A stretch of DNA of 35,474 nucleotides from positions 19,924-55,397 of the forward strand of contig JAHDCW010000003.1 of the NCBI GenBank assembly GCA_020629675.1, given 5' to 3'. This document shows positions 17,127 to 26,196 of this stretch, piece after piece. A program made the translations under genes and the position numbers. The number at the start of each line of letters is the position of its first letter. The stretch's first letter is position 1. Under the pieces are notes generated by a model. That model saw nothing but the letters and a program-made list of their open reading frames with translations. It did not search any database and was not told the DNA's origin. Source of the stretch: Minisyncoccota bacterium (GTDB lineage Bacteria; Patescibacteriota; Minisyncoccia; Moranbacterales; GCA-2747515).

Positions 17127-18045
17127 GTTTTTGTGTGAGTGAGACAAAGATGTCCTCAAGTGAACTTTCTTCTGTTTGGATATCTGTAAATGTGATCGAT
17201 GAGCCTTTTATAGCTGTGAGAAGGGTGGTGATGCCAGTGTGTTCCGACTTTTTGTAGCTGTAAATGAGATTGTGACCATCATCACTTAGGGACAATCCGG
17301 AAAAATCAACGAGCTCAGGAGGGAGGGTGTCACAATTTTTGGTTAGTGTGAGAATAATTTTTTTCGTGCCGAGGCGGTTCATGAGAGCATCTTTTTCTTC
17401 GATAATCTTAATTTCACCATCTGCGATGACGCCGATGCGATCAGCCATCTCTTGTGCTTCCTCGATATAGTGTGTGGTTAGTATGATCGTCGTACCACGA
17501 TTTTTGAGTTTGGTTACCATGTCCCACATACCTTTGCGCAGTTCGACATCGACACCGGCTGTGGGCTCGTCCAAGAAAAGGATTTCTGGCTCATTCATGA
17601 GTGCTTTGGCGATGAGAACACGTCTTTTCATGCCACCTGAGAGCTCTTGGATTTTATTGTCTTTTTTGTCCCACAGGGATAGATCAGTAAGTACCTCCTC
17701 GATCAGTTTTTCATCGCGCGGCCGTCCATAAAACCCGCGAGCGTATGCAACTGTCTGTGTGACGGTCAGAAAAGGATCGAGGGTGATTTCTTGAGGGACG
17801 AGTCCTATATAGGAGCGCGTCTTGCGATAATCTTTGATGATGTCGTCATCGTTTACGGTGACGGTGCCAGTCGACGGTCGCACGAGGCCGCATATGATGC
17901 TGATGAGCGTTGTTTTGCCTGCACCATTTTGTCCGAGCAGCGCAAAGATTTCACCGCGTGTGATCGTGAAGTTTATATCCTTGAGTGCGACAAAACCATT
18001 GTCATACGCTTTGGTGAGATTTTGGATTGTGATAATGTTATTCAT
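17119..18045 (-). CDS. ABC transporter ATP-binding protein (YadG-like)
   Basis: GQNGAGKTT, LSGGMKRR, LDEPT, TTHY; start 18045 supported by TGCTACAAT at 18054-18062. Confidence 0.93.
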   Translation of the reverse strand: MNNIITIQNLTKAYDNGFVALKDINFTITRGEIFALLGQNGAGKTTLISIICGLVRPSTGTVTVNDDDIIKDYRKTRSYIGLVPQEITLDPFLTVTQTVAYARGFYGRPRDEKLIEEVLTDLSLWDKKDNKIQELSGGMKRRVLIAKALMNEPEILFLDEPTAGVDVELRKGMWDMVTKLKNRGTTIILTTHYIEEAQEMADRIGVIADGEIKIIEEKDALMNRLGTKKIILTLTKNCDTLPPELVDFSGLSLSDDGHNLIYSYKKSEHTGITTLLTAIKGSSITFTDIQTEESSLEDIFVSLTQKHE

Positions 18046-18176
18046 TGTCGTGTATTGTAGCACTTTCTTAAGCTTCGTCATAGCAACAAAATGTTTGTCT
18101 TTAGGTTGGTTTTCGTGTTAGAGTCTAAATATTATAGAGTCAGTGCATGACCTCGGTTGTGTGTAACATAAAAATC

Positions 18177-18722
18177 ATGGAGCCGCTTGCACAATTTATT
18201 CCTTTTAGTGATGATATTGTTTTTTTTGATGCTGAGTTTACATCACTTGACCTTGCAAAAGGAGAGTTGATGGCAGTCGGTATGGTGTCTCTGGATGGAG
18301 CGCGCGAAATGTATTTCGAGCTTGATTATAATCCGGATACAGTTTCACCGTGGACACAGGAGCATGTCGTACCTCACCTCACGGGTCAAAAAAAATCACA
18401 AGCTGAGGGTAGGGAGATGATCCGCGCTTTTTGTGGTAGTTCAGAGCCGCACCTCGTCGCAACCGTTAATCAGTGGGATATGGCGTTTTTTCATAAGTTT
18501 TTTAGAAGTGAGGATGAGCCGATTAATCGTATCCCGATTGATTTTGCGTCAATGCTGTTTGCGATGGGGCTCAATCCTGCGCGCACGATCGACGATGAAA
18601 AGGAGTATTTTTATGAGTCTTTTGGGATTTCGCTCGCTGACTATAACTTGCACAATGCTTTGGATGATACGCGTCTGATGCGCGATCTATATGTAAAGCT
18701 CTCCGCTAAATCGATTCACTAG
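18177..18722 (+). CDS. DEDDh 3'-5' exonuclease (Rv2179c/RNase AS-like)
   Basis: FFDAEFT (ExoI), WD (ExoII), HNALDD (ExoIII). Confidence 0.78.
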   Translation: MEPLAQFIPFSDDIVFFDAEFTSLDLAKGELMAVGMVSLDGAREMYFELDYNPDTVSPWTQEHVVPHLTGQKKSQAEGREMIRAFCGSSEPHLVATVNQWDMAFFHKFFRSEDEPINRIPIDFASMLFAMGLNPARTIDDEKEYFYESFGISLADYNLHNALDDTRLMRDLYVKLSAKSIH

Positions 18723-19018
18723 TGTCTATGAAATCATTTTCTGATCGGGTTTATGATGTTGTCGCAGCGATACCGAAAGGTAAGGTGATGAGTTATGGTG
18801 AGGTAGCGCGTCGTGCTGGAAGTCCGCGGGCACACCGAGCAGTCGGAAGCTGTATGAATAAAAACCGTGATTTTCAAAATATCCCGTGTCACCGAGTCGT
18901 ATGCGGTGACGGCAGTGTGGGGCTCTACAATGGAGGGGAAGAGAGGAAAATTGCCCTCCTTGAAAGTGAAGGTGTTGCGGTTGTGGATGGTCGTGTCCAT
19001 GAGTTGCAGATGATGTAA
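18722..19018 (+). CDS. single-domain methylated-DNA--protein-cysteine methyltransferase (MGMT family)
   Basis: IPKGKVMSYGEVA, RAVG, IPCHRVV, LLESEG. Confidence 0.88.
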   Translation: MSMKSFSDRVYDVVAAIPKGKVMSYGEVARRAGSPRAHRAVGSCMNKNRDFQNIPCHRVVCGDGSVGLYNGGEERKIALLESEGVAVVDGRVHELQMM

Positions 19019-19039
19019 GAGATTAAATTAAATTATTGT

Positions 19040-20173
19040 ATGTTAGGTAGGTTAGTGACAGTGCTCGTCGTCGTAGGACTTTCTGTGGGGACGATTTATT
19101 TCGTAATGGGTGGTAATGCGCAGGACGATCTCTACTCTGGTGGTGAGAGGTATGAGCCTACAGCGCTTGATGCTGTATCACAAAATACAAATCTCTACGA
19201 CGATATTGCACCCATTGATTATGTGTCGCACTACGAAAAAGAGGGGTTGTACGAAATATACGTCTCTGAGGATGGGCTGTCACAGGATGAGTGTACGCAG
19301 CTCGAAAAGTATGACCCGATGCTCACCGTATGTTTTTTTACGTGTAGCGCTCCGGCTGAGTGTGCGCAGATCCAGCGAAACATCGATGCGGTTTTAGATG
19401 AGTGGGAAGGTGACTTCGCATTTGATGATCAACATATCCATGATGAGGCTAAAAATACTGATGTAGATCGCGAGCTGGTGCGCTACCGCGTTGTGCCTAC
19501 GGAAATTTTGGTATATAAAAATGGAAATGACGCGGTGGATTACAGGGAGCTGTGGCAACAGGTTGCGACACTTTCTCGCAATACACTGTCAAATCAGTTT
19601 ATTGGTGAGTTTTCGATTTACGATGATGAGGAAAGTGATGCTATTGCTTATGTGGAACTTCTTGGAGGTACGTCAAAATGGTCACTAAGCGTCAACCTAG
19701 CGATGACCAGAGGTGAGCAAGAGCATGAAAACATGATGACGTATATTCATGAGTTAGCACACATCGAGACTCTTAATGCCTCACAGGTTGATCCGCTTGT
19801 CGCACCTGAAAATTGCACGTATTTCTTTACGGGTGAGGGGTGTGCACGAGAAGATTCCTATATTAATGCTTTTGTGACACGATTTTGGCCAGCTGATGAT
19901 ATTGATCAGGTTGATCATATTGCAGAGACAGAGGGGGGAAACCCCGTCTACACTGCAAATCCAGAGCACTTTGTAAACGACTACGCTGCGACCAACCCAG
20001 GTGAGGATATTGCAGAAAGTTTTGCATACTTTGTAATAAAAGGTAAGCGAGATAATGCTGATACAGTCGCACAGGAGAAAATAAATTTCTTTTATGAGTA
20101 TCCTGAGCTTGTTGCTTTGCGGCAGGATATGCGTCGTGCACTTCAGAAACCTCGTAGTTATGTACAGCGATAA
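19040..20173 (+). CDS. membrane-anchored putative zinc metallopeptidase
   Basis: N-terminal TM, HELAH zinc motif, FVNDYAATNPGEDIAESF. Confidence 0.75.
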   Translation: MLGRLVTVLVVVGLSVGTIYFVMGGNAQDDLYSGGERYEPTALDAVSQNTNLYDDIAPIDYVSHYEKEGLYEIYVSEDGLSQDECTQLEKYDPMLTVCFFTCSAPAECAQIQRNIDAVLDEWEGDFAFDDQHIHDEAKNTDVDRELVRYRVVPTEILVYKNGNDAVDYRELWQQVATLSRNTLSNQFIGEFSIYDDEESDAIAYVELLGGTSKWSLSVNLAMTRGEQEHENMMTYIHELAHIETLNASQVDPLVAPENCTYFFTGEGCAREDSYINAFVTRFWPADDIDQVDHIAETEGGNPVYTANPEHFVNDYAATNPGEDIAESFAYFVIKGKRDNADTVAQEKINFFYEYPELVALRQDMRRALQKPRSYVQR

Positions 20174-20177
20174 AGGT

Positions 20178-20801
20178 ATGGAGAAGTATAATATTATTTT
20201 TATTCATGGAGGAGAAGAGTTTCTCACGTATGAGGATTACTTGGAGTATCTTCGCAGTTATCCGCTAGAGCGTCTCGTGGGTGTGAGGGAAAAGAATTGG
20301 CGTGATCATCTCCCGGATGATCTTGGTGAGTCATATAAAATGTTTGCACCGTCTATGCCAAATAGCAAAAACGCTCGCTATGGGGAGTGGGAGATTTGGT
20401 TTGAAAAATGCATCCCACTTTTTGCTGAGGAGGGTGTGCATCTCATCGGTCATTCACTTGGCGGGGCGTTTTTGTTGAAATATCTTAGTCAGAATCACCC
20501 CTCTTTTAAAATCAGGAGTGTTCACTTGATCGCCGCTGTAGTTGATAATCAGGATCTTGAAGCTTGTTTAAGGACGTTTAAGGTGGATCTCGATGAGATG
20601 CGCACCTCTTGTTTGCAGGATCTCAAGGTGCATATTTATCATTCTGTTGATGATACAATTGTGCCGTACAGTCATGGGGAGCGAATTCATGAGACATTGT
20701 CCGCATCGCAGCTCTACACATTTGACGATCAAGGTCATTTTATTTTCTTAGAACATTTTACAGAGCTCACAAGAAATATCCTGGCAGGTGCTCGTTTGTA
20801 G
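20178..20801 (+). CDS. alpha/beta hydrolase, YdeN/RBBP9-like
   Basis: IFIHGG, GHSLGG nucleophile, HSVDDTIVP, GHF; start reassigned to MEKYN. Confidence 0.85.
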   Translation: MEKYNIIFIHGGEEFLTYEDYLEYLRSYPLERLVGVREKNWRDHLPDDLGESYKMFAPSMPNSKNARYGEWEIWFEKCIPLFAEEGVHLIGHSLGGAFLLKYLSQNHPSFKIRSVHLIAAVVDNQDLEACLRTFKVDLDEMRTSCLQDLKVHIYHSVDDTIVPYSHGERIHETLSASQLYTFDDQGHFIFLEHFTELTRNILAGARL

Positions 20802-20860
20802 ACAAGTACATCGTAATATGTTATAAAAAAAGCTACCTGCCATAATACGAGAGGATTGCC

Positions 20861-21205
20861 GTGTCAGAAGAAAAAAGCCTTAAAGATGTTGCTGATTATA
20901 TGCATACGCAAATAGATCCATCGGGAGGGTGGCAAACGATGCAGATCACGAAAGATGATTTGAGGGGTAGATATATCGCAAAATCTACGCAACTAGAATT
21001 AAAACTTTCTGATGCTGATTTGCTCTTTGTGCGCATTGAGGGTGCGGTGCATTTTTTCTTGGGAGAATGCGAAGAGGGTATCGGCTGCATTGTGCCAGTA
21101 TTTGGCACCACCAACGTGCGTGAACATCTTGCAGTGGATGAGGCTGATCTACTAAAATCAGCCAAGGAAGATCTTAATCAGCTTGTTGAGCAAGCGAGTA
21201 CTTAA
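20861..21205 (+). CDS. hypothetical protein
   Basis: 114 aa, GTG start with GAGGA; promoter TAGACA-17-TATAAA at 20799-20827. Confidence 0.65.
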   Translation: MSEEKSLKDVADYMHTQIDPSGGWQTMQITKDDLRGRYIAKSTQLELKLSDADLLFVRIEGAVHFFLGECEEGIGCIVPVFGTTNVREHLAVDEADLLKSAKEDLNQLVEQAST

Positions 21206-21229
21206 GGCAAGTTGACCTTAGTTAAAATT

Positions 21230-21258
21230 GCTGTTGCAAATCTTGCAGCAGCTTTTTT
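21230..21258 (+). terminator. intrinsic terminator
   Basis: GCTGTTGCAA-ATC-TTGCAGCAGC followed by TTTTTT. Confidence 0.8.
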
Positions 21259-21259
21259 C

Positions 21260-21288
21260 TTGACATTTTTACCTTTCTCATTTATATT
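21260..21288 (+). promoter_or_regulatory. str operon promoter
   Basis: TTGACA-17 nt-TATATT. Confidence 0.8.
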
Positions 21289-21294
21289 TATGAG

Positions 21295-21362
21295 GTCAGC
21301 AGAATATAGGCCCAAGCAACCAAGGGGTTGCGCCAGAAGTCTTAGTATGCTGGCGATTTTTT
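21295..21362 (+). ncRNA. candidate structured rpsL 5' leader / attenuator
   Basis: GCAACC-AAGG-GGTTGC hairpin; CGCCAG...CTGGCG followed by ATTTTTT; alternative GTCAGCA/TGCTGGC pairing. Confidence 0.4.
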
Positions 21363-21403
21363 GTACATAAGTATTTATATATAATTCATTTAAATTATTC
21401 ATT

Positions 21404-21817
21404 GTGCCAACAATCAATCAGCTCAAGCGCCGACCGCGCAAAAGTAAGTCTAAAAAGACGAAATCGCCTGCGATGACGTATGTTTTCAATACGCTTCAAA
21501 ATAAGCCGATCCCTTCGCAGAGTCCATTTAAGCGAGGTGTATGTGTAAAAGTATCAACGGTAACACCAAAAAAGCCTAACTCAGCACTTCGTAAGATTGC
21601 GCGTGTAAAGCTTACTAATGGCATGGAGGTAACTGCTTACATCGGTGGAGAGGGACATAACCTTCAGGAGCACTCTATTGTTATGATCCGTGGAGGGCGT
21701 GTTAAGGATCTTCCAGGTGTGCGCTATCACGTTGTGCGTGGTGTACTTGACTGTGCTGGTGTCGAGGGGCGGAACCAAGGTCGCTCAAAGTATGGGACCA
21801 AAAAGGCCAAGTCATAA
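21404..21817 (+). CDS. rpsL: 30S ribosomal protein S12
   Basis: [30 protein letters not shown]. Confidence 0.99.
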   Translation: MPTINQLKRRPRKSKSKKTKSPAMTYVFNTLQNKPIPSQSPFKRGVCVKVSTVTPKKPNSALRKIARVKLTNGMEVTAYIGGEGHNLQEHSIVMIRGGRVKDLPGVRYHVVRGVLDCAGVEGRNQGRSKYGTKKAKS

Positions 21818-21851
21818 TTTTTATCTTTAACTTTTTTTATTACTAACGTTT

Positions 21852-22319
21852 ATGCCACGTAGAAAAAAAACATTCCGTAAATCATGGCGACCTGATCCTG
21901 TCTACAATAACCTTCTCGTAGGGCGATTCATCGGACAGATTATGCTTGATGGAAAACGCTCTGTTGCAGAGAGAATTGTTTATGATGCATTTGATGCAAT
22001 TCAGGAGAAGACTGGAAAAGGTGGACTTAATGTCTTTGAACAGGCAATCAAAAATGTATCACCACTCGTAGCGCTTAAGTCACGTCGTATCGGTGGGGCG
22101 AACTACCAGGTACCAGTACCTGTAGTCGGTGACCGTCGTCAGACGCTTGCAATGCGCTGGATTCGAGAGGCATGCCGCAAACAAAAAGGGAAGAGTATGG
22201 CGGATCGCTTGGCGATTGAGCTGATCGCTGCAAGTGAAAAAGAAGGTGCGTCTATGAAAAAACGCGAAGAAACGCACAAACAGGCAGAAGCAAACAAGGC
22301 GTTTGCACACTTTGCTTAG
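21852..22319 (+). CDS. rpsG: 30S ribosomal protein S7
   Basis: MPRR, SRRIGGANYQVP, AEANKAFAHF. Confidence 0.99.
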   Translation: MPRRKKTFRKSWRPDPVYNNLLVGRFIGQIMLDGKRSVAERIVYDAFDAIQEKTGKGGLNVFEQAIKNVSPLVALKSRRIGGANYQVPVPVVGDRRQTLAMRWIREACRKQKGKSMADRLAIELIAASEKEGASMKKREETHKQAEANKAFAHFA

Positions 22320-22352
22320 TAGATTTTACCTTTTAAGTTATAAACAAAAATT

Positions 22353-24449
22353 ATGTCTCGTAAAAACCCTATTGATAAGGTCCGTAATATCGGTATCATC
22401 GCACACGTTGATGCTGGTAAGACAACAACAACGGAGCGCGTACTCTTTTACACGGGTATTTCTCACAAGATTGGTGAGGTGCATGATGGAGCAGCAACAA
22501 TGGACTGGATGGCACAGGAGCAGGAGCGTGGTATTACGATTACGTCAGCTGCGACGACCTGTTTCTGGAAAGACTATCAATTTAATATCATTGATACGCC
22601 AGGTCACGTTGACTTTACGGTTGAGGTGGAGCGTTCGATGCGTGTTTTGGATGGTGGTGTCGTCGTCTTTGATGGTAAGGAAGGTGTAGAGCCGCAGTCA
22701 GAAACAGTATGGCGTCAAGCTGACAAATACAAAGTGCCACGAATCTGTTTTATCAACAAAATTGATAAAGAAGGTGCGGATTTTAATCACGCATATCAAA
22801 CAATTCTTGATCGTCTTACTCCGGATGCTATCCCTGTACAGATGCCAATCGGTGAGCGCGATGGTTTTGAAGGTGTGGTAGATCTCGTCACAATGGATAA
22901 GGTAACATTTGATGGTCAGATGGGTGAGATCGTAAACCGTGAAACGTGTCCAGAAGAGCTTAAGGCAGAAGCGGAAAAATGGCGTGAAAACCTCGTAGAA
23001 AAAGCAGTAGAGCAAGATGATGCACTCATGGAGAAATATCTTGGTGGGGAAGAGATTAGTCAGGAAGAGCTCAAAAGTGCAATTCGTAAAGGAACACTTG
23101 CAACGACGTTGATTCCAGTGCATGTTGGTACTGCGTTTAAGAACAAGGGTGTACAGCTCGTGCTGGACTCTGTTGTGGATTATCTCCCAGCGCCAAATGA
23201 GATCCCAGCGATTGTAGGTACAGATGTTAATGATGAAACGAAGGAAATTACCCGCGAAGCAACGGATGATGCACCATTTAGCGCACTTGCTTTTAAGGTA
23301 GCGACAGATCCATTTGTGGGTCAGTTGATCTTCTTCCGCATTTACTCAGGAAGCCTTAAGTCTGGTTCGTATGTTTACAATACTGCTAGTGATACCAAGG
23401 AGCGTGTGGGACGTATTTTGCGTATGCATTCAAATAACCGTGAAGAGGTTGAAGAGCTTTATGCGGGTGAGATTGGAGCGCTTGTTGGTATGAAAAACAC
23501 TCGCACAGGTAATACGCTTTGTGATCCAGAAAATAAAGTCATCTTGGAGTCAATTGAGTTTCCAGAGCCGGTAATCTCGATTGCTGTAGAGCCAAAGACG
23601 AAAGCTGATCAGGAAAAAATGGCAGTTGCCTTGAGCAAACTTGCTGAGGAAGATCCTACTTTCCGCGTGCATACAGATGAAGAGACAGGTCAGACAATCA
23701 TCTCAGGAATGGGTGAGCTGCACCTGGACATTATCGTCGATCGTATGAAACGCGAGTTTAAGGTAGAGGCGCAGATTGGTCAACCGCAGGTATCATATCG
23801 TGAGACTATTACAGCTGAAGCTGAGGGAGAAGGAAAGTTTGTTCGTCAGTCTGGTGGGCGTGGTCAATATGGTCACTGTAATGTACGCGTGGCACCACAA
23901 GAATCAGGTGAGGGATTTGAATTTGCAGATGAAATCAAAGGTGGTGTTATCCCGCAAGAGTACATCAAGCCTGCTGCTAAAGGCATGGAAGAGGCGCTTG
24001 ATAACGGTGTAATTGCTGGATACCCGATGATTGATGTTAAGGTAACGCTCTTTGATGGGTCATACCATGATGTGGATTCATCTGAGGCAGCGTTTAAGGT
24101 AGCAGGTTCCATGGCGGTCAAAGACGCCGTTAACCGTGCAAAGCCAGTGCTCCTCGAGCCAATCATGAAGGTTGTAGTGACAACACCAGAAACATTTATG
24201 GGTGACGTCGTCGGCGACCTCAATGCAAAGCGTGGTGTTATCAAGGAAATGAATGACCGCTCAGGGGGAAGTGTGACGATCAAAGAGATCGAAGCACAAG
24301 CGCCACTTGCATCGATGTTTGGTTATGTGTCACAGCTTCGTTCGATGACGCAAGGTCAGGCTAGTTATGCAATGGAGTTTTCACATTACGCTGAGACACC
24401 ATCCAATGTCGCACAGGAGATTATTGGAGAGCGAAACGCAGCTGCTTAA
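22353..24449 (+). CDS. fusA: elongation factor G
   Basis: [44 protein letters not shown]. Confidence 0.99.
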   Translation: MSRKNPIDKVRNIGIIAHVDAGKTTTTERVLFYTGISHKIGEVHDGAATMDWMAQEQERGITITSAATTCFWKDYQFNIIDTPGHVDFTVEVERSMRVLDGGVVVFDGKEGVEPQSETVWRQADKYKVPRICFINKIDKEGADFNHAYQTILDRLTPDAIPVQMPIGERDGFEGVVDLVTMDKVTFDGQMGEIVNRETCPEELKAEAEKWRENLVEKAVEQDDALMEKYLGGEEISQEELKSAIRKGTLATTLIPVHVGTAFKNKGVQLVLDSVVDYLPAPNEIPAIVGTDVNDETKEITREATDDAPFSALAFKVATDPFVGQLIFFRIYSGSLKSGSYVYNTASDTKERVGRILRMHSNNREEVEELYAGEIGALVGMKNTRTGNTLCDPENKVILESIEFPEPVISIAVEPKTKADQEKMAVALSKLAEEDPTFRVHTDEETGQTIISGMGELHLDIIVDRMKREFKVEAQIGQPQVSYRETITAEAEGEGKFVRQSGGRGQYGHCNVRVAPQESGEGFEFADEIKGGVIPQEYIKPAAKGMEEALDNGVIAGYPMIDVKVTLFDGSYHDVDSSEAAFKVAGSMAVKDAVNRAKPVLLEPIMKVVVTTPETFMGDVVGDLNAKRGVIKEMNDRSGGSVTIKEIEAQAPLASMFGYVSQLRSMTQGQASYAMEFSHYAETPSNVAQEIIGERNAAA

Positions 24450-24461
24450 GAAAAGAGGTAG

Positions 24462-24492
24462 AGGCGCCTGCTATAGGCGCCTTTGGCTTTTT
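24462..24492 (+). terminator. terminator-like hairpin after fusA
   Basis: AGGCGCCTG-CTA-TAGGCGCCT followed by TTGGCTTTTT. Confidence 0.65.
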
Positions 24493-24525
24493 AAGATGGG
24501 GTTGGAAGGATGCTAAAGGGAGAAT

Positions 24526-24630
24526 ATGAAACGTATAGAAAGAATTGTATTATTGGTTGCTGGGGTGCTATTATGGGCGCTCGTGTCATGGTGGTGGTAC
24601 GTGTGTTACATCAAGGGTATTTGTGGCTAA
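24526..24630 (+). CDS. 34-aa membrane microprotein with WWWYVCxIKGIC motif (not in ORF track)
   Basis: MKRIERIVLLVAGVLLWALVSWWWYVCYIKGICG*; AAGGGAG just upstream. Confidence 0.7.
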   Translation: MKRIERIVLLVAGVLLWALVSWWWYVCYIKGICG

Positions 24631-24705
24631 GGCGATAATGCTAAGAAAAGAATTATAGAATAAACAGAGACTGTGTTTAAAGAAAACGTACTAAAAGATT
24701 ACAAT

Positions 24706-24795
24706 ATGAACGATGCAACAGGAGAAATTCTGTTAATGTTGTTTGTAGCGTTTCTGCTAGGTTATGCTGTGAGCTGTGCTCTTAGGCAAAAATAA
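24706..24795 (+). CDS. 29-aa single-TM microprotein (not in ORF track)
   Basis: MNDATGEILLMLFVAFLLGYAVSCALRQK*; alternative in-frame GTG at 24673. Confidence 0.6.
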   Translation: MNDATGEILLMLFVAFLLGYAVSCALRQK

Positions 24796-24888
24796 GTATA
24801 AGAAGAAATATTTTAGAAATTTTCTTGTGTGTTGTAATGAGGAGTGTTATGATGCACGGAGAAGTGGTAATAATTAGTGAGTAAATTT

Positions 24889-25491
24889 ATGCAACATCCA
24901 AAAAAAGAACGATCATTTATCATAATTAAACCCGATGGTGTGCAGCGCGGATTGATCGGAGAGATTGTAGGTCGTTTTGAGCGAACGGGTCTTAAAACGG
25001 TAGGAATGAAGATGATCAATGCTACAGAAGACCAATGCTGGACGCACTATAACAAGGATGATGCTTGGTTTATTTCCAAGGGTGAACGTACAATTGAGGA
25101 TCGCACGAAAAACGATCTCCCAATTGAGAAAGAGGCGATTGACTATGGGAAGGAAATTATCGAACAGCTTGTCGTGTTTATGACTGCAAGTCCTGTTGTG
25201 GTGATGGTTGTTGAGGGTAATAACGCGGTAGATGTTGTAACTAAGCTCGTTGGTGGCACAGAGCCAACAACAGCTGATATTGGTACGATCCGTGGAGATC
25301 TTACGTTGGATTCATACAATATCGCGGGACTTGACGGTCGCGCTGTGCGAAACCTTATTCACTGCAGTGAAAGCCCTGAGGAGGCAGAGCGTGAGACAGC
25401 AATCTGGTTTGACGCGTCTGAGCTTATTAACTACACACTGGTGACAGAGCGAATGCTTTATGATGTAAATCTTGACGGCATCAAGGAATAG
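24889..25491 (+). CDS. ndk: nucleoside diphosphate kinase (long form)
   Basis: IIKPDGVQRGLIGEI, GTIRGD, RNLIHCS catalytic His; TGTTATGAT at 24845-24853. Confidence 0.93.
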   Translation: MQHPKKERSFIIIKPDGVQRGLIGEIVGRFERTGLKTVGMKMINATEDQCWTHYNKDDAWFISKGERTIEDRTKNDLPIEKEAIDYGKEIIEQLVVFMTASPVVVMVVEGNNAVDVVTKLVGGTEPTTADIGTIRGDLTLDSYNIAGLDGRAVRNLIHCSESPEEAERETAIWFDASELINYTLVTERMLYDVNLDGIKE

Positions 25492-25511
25492 TAACTGGTG
25501 AATCGGTAGTT

Positions 25512-25545
25512 AAAAAGGGGCACTTCTTATGAGGTGTCTTTTTTT
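25512..25545 (+). terminator. intrinsic terminator
   Basis: AAAAAGGGGCACTTC-TTAT-GAGGTGTCTTTTTTT. Confidence 0.75.
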
Positions 25546-25608
25546 AATATTTAGATTTTAATTCACAGCGCCTCATTGGTTGTTTTAATTTGTGATTTTA
25601 ACTTTTTT

Positions 25609-25653
25609 TAACACGTGTTATAAATTGTCAATTGACATTGTGTCAGGTAGAAT
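25609..25653 (+). promoter_or_regulatory. promoter with overlapping palindromes
   Basis: TTGTCA-17-TAGAAT (25625-25653); palindromes TAACACGTGTTA, TGTCAATTGACA and TGACA-N3-TGTCA. Confidence 0.5.
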
Positions 25654-25678
25654 GAAGTGTGACTCAATAAGTGTAATT

Positions 25679-26149
25679 ATGAAAGTATTTATCGGTAGTG
25701 TTTTAGGTTGTGTGCTCATCATTCTTGGGGGTTGTGTTTTGCCTATAGAGGATCGTGGTTCACTGCAGCAGCAAAGTGGGGTGGTGGAGATTAAGTATGT
25801 AGTTGATGGTGATACTGTTGTTTTGGTTGATGATCAAAAGATTAGATTGCTTGGGATTGATACGCCGGAACGTGATGCGTTTTTTTATGACGAAGCCTCT
25901 AAAGCGCTGCGTGATATCTTAACAGCGGGTGATGTGAGTATGCGAAAGGATATTTCGGAAACTGATCGCTACGGTCGATTGTTGCGCCATCTATATGTTG
26001 GAGATCTTTGGGTAAATGCGTATATGATCGAAGAAGGGTATGCTCGCATGGTGACGTTTCCACCTGATGTCGAGCATGTTGATACTTTTCGCGCCCTACA
26101 AAACGACGCACGAGCGAGTAAAAAAGGTCTGTGGCAAGACAGAGATTGA
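25679..26149 (+). CDS. thermonuclease (SNase-like) with lipoprotein-like signal
   Basis: VVDGDT, IRLLGIDTPE, DRYGRLL, GYA, KKGLW; MKVF...LGGC lipobox-like N-terminus. Confidence 0.88.
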   Translation: MKVFIGSVLGCVLIILGGCVLPIEDRGSLQQQSGVVEIKYVVDGDTVVLVDDQKIRLLGIDTPERDAFFYDEASKALRDILTAGDVSMRKDISETDRYGRLLRHLYVGDLWVNAYMIEEGYARMVTFPPDVEHVDTFRALQNDARASKKGLWQDRD

Positions 26150-26196
26150 AAAAAAACGCCATAAATGCTAGTATTAGTCTAATTAAGTAAAAATCT

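Noticed and set aside
21404-21817. Streptomycin-resistance allele or novel insertion in S12
   Set aside because: PKKPNS and RVKDLPG lysines are wild type; the N-terminal insertion is of the known Bacillota-like type
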